Positions 32,447 through 36,410 of a stretch of DNA of 36,410 nt are shown piece after piece. Where the stretch lies: contig DASRZG010000048.1 of assembly GCA_035686585.1 (NCBI GenBank), positions 1-36,410 on the forward strand, read 5' to 3'. Made by a program: the position numbers and the translations under genes. The stretch's first letter is position 1, and each line of letters starts with the position of its first letter. Below the pieces are notes generated by a model that did not search any database, was not told where the DNA came from, and saw only the letters and a program-made list of their open reading frames with translations. The DNA comes from Phycisphaerae bacterium (GTDB lineage Bacteria > Planctomycetota > Phycisphaerae > SM23-33).

Positions 32447-33262
32447 CTATTGGGGGATTCGCAGTCTCAGCCCGATCGCCAGGACGTCGGGGTCGGCAAT
32501 CCGGTCGCGGTTGGCCTCGTAGAGCCGCCGGACGGAGGCGACGCTGTCGCTGCCCATCTGCCGGCGCGCGATGTCGGTCAGCCTGTCGCCCTGTCGGACC
32601 TCGTACCACCGGGACGAGCCGAAGCGGCTGCGAAGCTCCGCCAGGGTCGCCTCGGTGTAGGTCCGATCGGGCGTCCGCGTCGCCGGCGCCGCGGGGGCGG
32701 CCCCCGTCGCCCGCCCCGGCGCCGCGTCGGACGGCAGGGGCGGGATGATCAGCTCCTGCCCCAACTTCAGCGAGTTCTCGTCGGCGAGCCGGTCGCGGTT
32801 GGCCTCGAAGATCAGCTTGTACTTGCCCTGGTTCTGCCGCCCGTAGAGCTTGCGCGCGATCACGATCAGCGAATCGCCCGCGACGGCCGTGTAGGTCTGA
32901 GGCCGCGGGGCCGGCGCGGGGCCGGTCGGGTCGGCTGCCGGCACGCGCGCCGCCAGCGGCACCGGCGGCGGCAGCATGCGGTCGGTCGTATGCCCGGGCA
33001 GGTCGGCTCTCTCCACCGCCGCGCGATGGCCCGGGCCGGGGGCCGGCGCGAGGGGGCGCCGGCGCGCCAGGAACGGGTCCTGGATTCCCACCATCCGCGA
33101 GGCCGCGATCTCCGGCGCGGGCCGCACGGGCCCGCTGGCCACGGCGGGCGGCCTCGACGGGGACCCCTCCGACAGCCTCAGGGTCCGGTCGCCCAGGACC
33201 AGCCCGAACAGGAAGATGAAGACCAGGCCCACCAGCAATACGATTCGAACATCGCGCGTCAT
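32447..33262 (-). CDS. bitopic membrane protein with a Pro/Ala-rich linker and two C-terminal LysM peptidoglycan-binding domains
   Basis: The TM helix is IVLLVGLVFIFLFGLVLG. LysM-1 is YTAVAGDSLIVIARKLYG...IFEANRDRLADENSLKLGQELIIP. LysM-2 is YEVRQGDRLTDIARRQMG...LYEANRDRIADPDVLAIGLRLRIP. Confidence 0.8.
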   Translation of the reverse strand: MTRDVRIVLLVGLVFIFLFGLVLGDRTLRLSEGSPSRPPAVASGPVRPAPEIAASRMVGIQDPFLARRRPLAPAPGPGHRAAVERADLPGHTTDRMLPPPVPLAARVPAADPTGPAPAPRPQTYTAVAGDSLIVIARKLYGRQNQGKYKLIFEANRDRLADENSLKLGQELIIPPLPSDAAPGRATGAAPAAPATRTPDRTYTEATLAELRSRFGSSRWYEVRQGDRLTDIARRQMGSDSVASVRRLYEANRDRIADPDVLAIGLRLRIPQ

Positions 33263-33317
33263 CGTTCCAAGCTCCGTCCCAGTCCGCCGCGGGGCGCGTT
33301 GGCGGCCCGCGCGGCGA

Positions 33318-34211
33318 CTATCGAATTCGTTCCATCACGCGGAGTTTTGCCGATCGGCTCGGCGGGTTCCTGTCGGTCTCGGCCGCCCCGGGCCGAAGCG
33401 GCTTGGGCGTCAGCGACCGAAAGGACCCGCTTTCGACGGCGGAGGCGAACGACCGCTTCACCAGCCGGTCTTCCAGGGAGTGGAAGCTGATCACCGCCGC
33501 CCTGCCGCCGACGCCCAACAGGCCCGGAACACGCTCCAGAAGGGCCGAAAGGTTCTCCAGCTCCCGGTTCACGCGAATCCGCAACGCCTGGAACGTCCGC
33601 GTGGCCGGGTGGATGCGCCACCGCCCGCGTGCGGGGGGATAGGCCCTCATCACGATCCCGGCCAGCCGCACCGTCGTGTCGATCGGGCCTTCCCGCCGCC
33701 CGCGCACGATCGCCCGGGCGATCCGCCGGCTGAAGCGATCCTCGCCAAGCCGGCGGATCAAATCGGCGAGCTCCTTCTCGCCCAGCGTGTTGACCAGCTC
33801 CGCCGCGGTGGGCCCTTCCCGCCCCATCCGCATGTCGAGGGGGCCATCGGCCTGGAAGCTGAAGCCCCGCGACGGGTCGTCCAACTGGGTCGACGCCACG
33901 CCCAGGTCGGCCAGGATCGCGTCCACCCGCTCCACTCCCGCCTCCGCCAGCACGTCGTCGACGTCCGCGAAGTTCGCCGCGAACAGCCGGACGCGCCCGC
34001 CGAAGCGAGCCAATCGCTCTTTGGTTTTCAACAGATTCGACTCGTCGAGGTCGATGCCAATCAGCACCGCCCCTTCGCCGGCCGCTTCCAGCAGCGACTC
34101 GGCGTGCCCTCCCAACCCGACCGTGCAGTCCAGCAGCGTCCGGGTTCCCTCCACGACAAGCAACTCGGTCACTTCCTTCCGCAGTACAGGAAAATGGCCG
34201 GCATCATCCAT
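33318..34211 (-). CDS. rsmH: 16S rRNA (cytosine1402-N4)-methyltransferase
   Basis: HFPVLRKEV...LLDCTVGLGGHAESLL and ISFHSLEDRLVK are RsmH/MraW signatures. The position after mraZ also fits. Confidence 0.9.
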   Translation of the reverse strand: MDDAGHFPVLRKEVTELLVVEGTRTLLDCTVGLGGHAESLLEAAGEGAVLIGIDLDESNLLKTKERLARFGGRVRLFAANFADVDDVLAEAGVERVDAILADLGVASTQLDDPSRGFSFQADGPLDMRMGREGPTAAELVNTLGEKELADLIRRLGEDRFSRRIARAIVRGRREGPIDTTVRLAGIVMRAYPPARGRWRIHPATRTFQALRIRVNRELENLSALLERVPGLLGVGGRAAVISFHSLEDRLVKRSFASAVESGSFRSLTPKPLRPGAAETDRNPPSRSAKLRVMERIR

Positions 34212-34221
34212 GATGCCGGCC

Positions 34222-34461
34222 TCATACCGTCACGGCCGTCCCGTTCAGCAAAACCTGAACGTGCTCGGAGAAGCTCACCCGGCCATACTCGTCTCCCAGG
34301 GCCTGAACCCGCGCCAGACGCCTCGCGAGTACGATCAGGCGCTGCCGGAGCCCTTCCTCGCATTTCGATCCTGCGCCGCGGCACTGGAGTTCGGCGAAAA
34401 CCTGGCGAAGACATCCTTGTCCGTCGCTGGAGCCGCCCTGGGGCCGCCGGGAATCGAGCAT
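34222..34461 (-). CDS. hypothetical small protein (79 aa) in the mraZ-rsmH spacer
   Basis: ATG 34461 is preceded by GAAAGGA. The ORF ends 10 nt before the rsmH start. Third-position G/C content is moderately high. I recognised no motif. The track ORF (to 34617) would overlap mraZ. Confidence 0.3.
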   Translation of the reverse strand: MLDSRRPQGGSSDGQGCLRQVFAELQCRGAGSKCEEGLRQRLIVLARRLARVQALGDEYGRVSFSEHVQVLLNGTAVTV

Positions 34462-34555
34462 GCCAAATCCTTTCGAGTCGGGTGAACTCGACGATATGCC
34501 TCGCCGGCGCCCGTAAAGCCATCCGTGTCGCGCCGGCGCTTCCTGTCTTCGGTTG

Positions 34556-35035
34556 TCAGTCCTGCTCCTCGTGGCCGCCCTCGGCTTCGTCGCCCGCGTC
34601 CAGCAGATCGTCGCCATACGTCGGCAACCGGCCGGCCACGTGCTGCTCCCACTCCTGCCGGGGCCAGATCTCGATGTGGTCGCCCTTGCCCACCAGCGTC
34701 ACGTCCTCGGCAATCACCGCACGGGCACGCGACTTCTCCGGCAGCACCACACGCCCCTGCGCGTCGGGCTTCACCACCCGCGCCAGGGCGAACAGCAGAT
34801 CCAGCTTCCGCGCCCGCCGAGACGGGAACGGGTTGCCCCGAAGCCTCTGAAGCCTCTGAAGCATCGACCGGTAATACTCGTCCGGGTACAGCCACAAATG
34901 ACGATCCGGCCCCAGCGTCAGGTAAAAACCCTCCCCGTCCGTGGCCGGGTTCATCTGCTCCCGAAGCGGCGACTGGATCGCGAGGCGATTCTTCGTGTCA
35001 ATCGTCTGATCGAATTCGCCGACGAATACCGCCAT
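34556..35035 (-). CDS. mraZ: transcriptional regulator MraZ
   Basis: It has two MraZ/SpoVT-AbrB half-domains with the D-x-K/Q-x-R-L/V box (FDQTIDTKNRLAI and KPDAQGRVVLP). It is the first gene of the dcw cluster. Confidence 0.9.
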   Translation of the reverse strand: MAVFVGEFDQTIDTKNRLAIQSPLREQMNPATDGEGFYLTLGPDRHLWLYPDEYYRSMLQRLQRLRGNPFPSRRARKLDLLFALARVVKPDAQGRVVLPEKSRARAVIAEDVTLVGKGDHIEIWPRQEWEQHVAGRLPTYGDDLLDAGDEAEGGHEEQD

Positions 35036-35086
35036 CTGAAAGGTCCAAGTAGCCGTTTGTTGGGATCAGGTTACTTATCATAGGGA

Positions 35087-35115
35087 AATGTAGTGAAAGG
35101 AAGGGAAAATGGCAA
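35087..35115 (-). promoter_or_regulatory. candidate sigma70-like promoter for mraZ/dcw
   Basis: On the minus strand TTGCCA (35115-35110) is separated by 17 nt from TACATT (35092-35087). It sits in the only AT-rich stretch upstream of mraZ, and the implied leader is about 45 nt. Promoter consensus for this lineage is uncertain. Confidence 0.25.
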
Positions 35116-35322
35116 GGGGTAAAAAGTGAAAAAAACGCCGAACCTGTTTCCACAACCCCCTTCATACCCGTCCTATAGGGTATTCCCAGGCGTGGGCACC
35201 CCATATCTTGGGGCCGACGGCGGAGAAGAATTTTTCCATGGACCGTCTGCGTTCCCCTTCTGCAACCCGGTCTCGGCGGACGCGCCGCGGGCGCGGCTTG
35301 CGCCCTTCCGGGTGTGGAGAAC

Positions 35323-35388
35323 AGCAACGACGCCGAACGGCAAGCCGACTGCCGGGATTGGCTTGGCCGTTCGGCGTCGTTGCTTTTC
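35323..35388 (+). terminator. strong terminator-like hairpin plus T-run inside the leader of the nucleotidyltransferase gene
   Basis: agcaacgacgccgaacggcaagcc (35323-46) pairs with ggcttggccgttcggcgtcgttgct (35360-84). That is 24 bp with one bulged G and a 13-nt loop, followed by tttc. It lies 75 nt upstream of ATG 35459. Confidence 0.5.
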
Positions 35389-35458
35389 AAACTCGCGCTG
35401 CGCACCGGACAAAACGGGACTGGAAATCCCCCCCGCGGACGGCTACATTCCCCGGACC

Positions 35459-36316
35459 ATGAGTGCGAAACTCCAGACGACCAAAGCGATGATCCTCGCC
35501 CGGGGCCTCGGCACGCGGATGCAGAAGCAGGTGGGCGGGCTGGAGCTGGACAACAGGACCGCCCAGCTCGCCGACCAGGGCGCCAAGGGCCTGATCCCGA
35601 TCGGCAGGCCGTTCCTGGACCACACGCTCCAGGCCCTGATGGACGCGGGGCTGCGCGACTTCTGCCTGATCGTCCCGCCCGGCGCGTCGGCGATCCGCCG
35701 GTACTACCAGGCCGTCAGCGACCGCCTGGGCGAGGCGGAGATCTGCTTCGCGGTCCAGGATGAGCCCCTCGGCACGGCCCATGCCGTGCTGCCGGGGAAG
35801 GACTGGGCCGCCGGCGAGCCGTTCTGCGTGTTCAACTCCGACAACTTTTACTACCCCACCGCCGCAGCGGCGCTGGCGTCGGCGACCCCGCCCGCGAGCA
35901 TCGCCTTCGAGCGCGACGCCCTGATCGCCGGCAGCAACATCCCCGCCGAGCGGATCTGCCGGTTCGCGGCCATGGACATCGACGACGCCGGCAACCTCCG
36001 CCGCCTCATCGAGAAGCCCGCCAATCCGGAGCAGTACGCACGGGACGGCAAGCTGTACGTCTCCATGAACTGCTTCCTGTTCACCAAGGAGATCTTCACC
36101 GCCTGCGCGTCGATCGAGATGAACCCCGACCGCAAGGAGTACGAGCTGCCCTCCGCCGTGCAGTACACCATCGACCGGATGGGGCAGACCTACCGGGCCG
36201 TGCCCGTCGCCGAAGGCGTGCTGGACCTGACGGGCCGGGCGGACATCGAGCCCGTCCGCCGCATGCTCGCCGGGCACGAGGTGCGGTTCTGGGCGCCCGA
36301 CCACCTGGAGATGTGA
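35459..36316 (+). CDS. sugar-phosphate nucleotidyltransferase (NTP_transferase family)
   Basis: The G-x-G-T-R motif is present in KAMILARGLGTRM. It is followed by KGLIPIGRPFLDHTLQALMDAGLRDFCLIV, which is typical of sugar-1-phosphate nucleotidyltransferases. The track ORF starts at 35126, but its first 111 codons have no coding character. Confidence 0.8.
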   Translation: MSAKLQTTKAMILARGLGTRMQKQVGGLELDNRTAQLADQGAKGLIPIGRPFLDHTLQALMDAGLRDFCLIVPPGASAIRRYYQAVSDRLGEAEICFAVQDEPLGTAHAVLPGKDWAAGEPFCVFNSDNFYYPTAAAALASATPPASIAFERDALIAGSNIPAERICRFAAMDIDDAGNLRRLIEKPANPEQYARDGKLYVSMNCFLFTKEIFTACASIEMNPDRKEYELPSAVQYTIDRMGQTYRAVPVAEGVLDLTGRADIEPVRRMLAGHEVRFWAPDHLEM

Positions 36317-36319
36317 CCC

Positions 36320-36410
36320 ATGCCCACCCTCGGCGAGCTGCTCGGCCACGACGACGCCCTGACCGCCCAATCGGCGTCCCTGCTGGCGAAGGCATTCGGC
36401 GCCGCGGCCG
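36320..36410 (+). CDS. 5' end of an ORF truncated by the window edge (possibly a GHMP-type sugar kinase; weak)
   Basis: ATG 36320 lies 4 nt after the previous stop and reads MPTLGELLGHDDALTAQSASLLAKAFGAAA. The '...F...FG' pattern resembles galactokinase-like N-termini. Only 30 codons are visible. Confidence 0.25.
   Translation, partial: MPTLGELLGHDDALTAQSASLLAKAFGAAA

Noticed and set aside
35126-35458. Upstream 111 codons of the track's 396-aa nucleotidyltransferase ORF, and ORFs 35208..35462 and 35314..35763
   Set aside because: The composition is not coding-like and the stretch runs through the big hairpin. The conserved G-x-G-T-R motif lies about 14 residues after ATG 35459, the usual distance from a true N-terminus.

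Overview
This is a very GC-rich chromosomal segment (G+C not computed; there is a strong G/C third-position bias, and stop-free 'shadow' frames lie opposite every real gene). The gene content looks planctomycete-like, but that is inference only.

Layout:
- 1-4.7 kb, minus strand: a secreted repeat protein truncated by the window edge and absent from the ORF track, a GH4 glycosidase, a PQQ-type beta-propeller protein, and a short UbiE/MenG-like fragment.
- 5.2-15.4 kb, plus strand: one giant ORF of about 3,400 aa. It has propeller-like repeats, PPC-type domains, a long beta-helix-like repeat array and a C-terminal HEXXHXXGXXH metzincin module. A clean hairpin terminator follows it.
- 15.6-18.0 kb, plus strand: a GH94-type glycan phosphorylase.
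- 18.2-35.0 kb, minus strand: a nearly complete division/cell-wall (dcw) cluster in the order mraZ, small ORF, rsmH, LysM protein, ftsL-like, ftsI, murE, murF, mraY, ftsW, murG, murC, murB, ddl, ftsQ-like, polytopic membrane protein.
- 35.5-36.4 kb, plus strand: a divergent sugar-nucleotidyltransferase gene and the start of another ORF.

The dcw cluster is unusual in four ways:
- It has no murD. A 175-bp AT-rich palindromic/iteron-like element sits in the murD position.
- It has no ftsA or ftsZ after ftsQ.
- It carries an extra bitopic 2xLysM protein.
- mraY has an in-frame tandem duplication of about 183 bp at its 5' end.

I found no rRNA, tRNA, CRISPR array, transposase or integrase. All product calls rest on motifs read by eye, and no database search was run.
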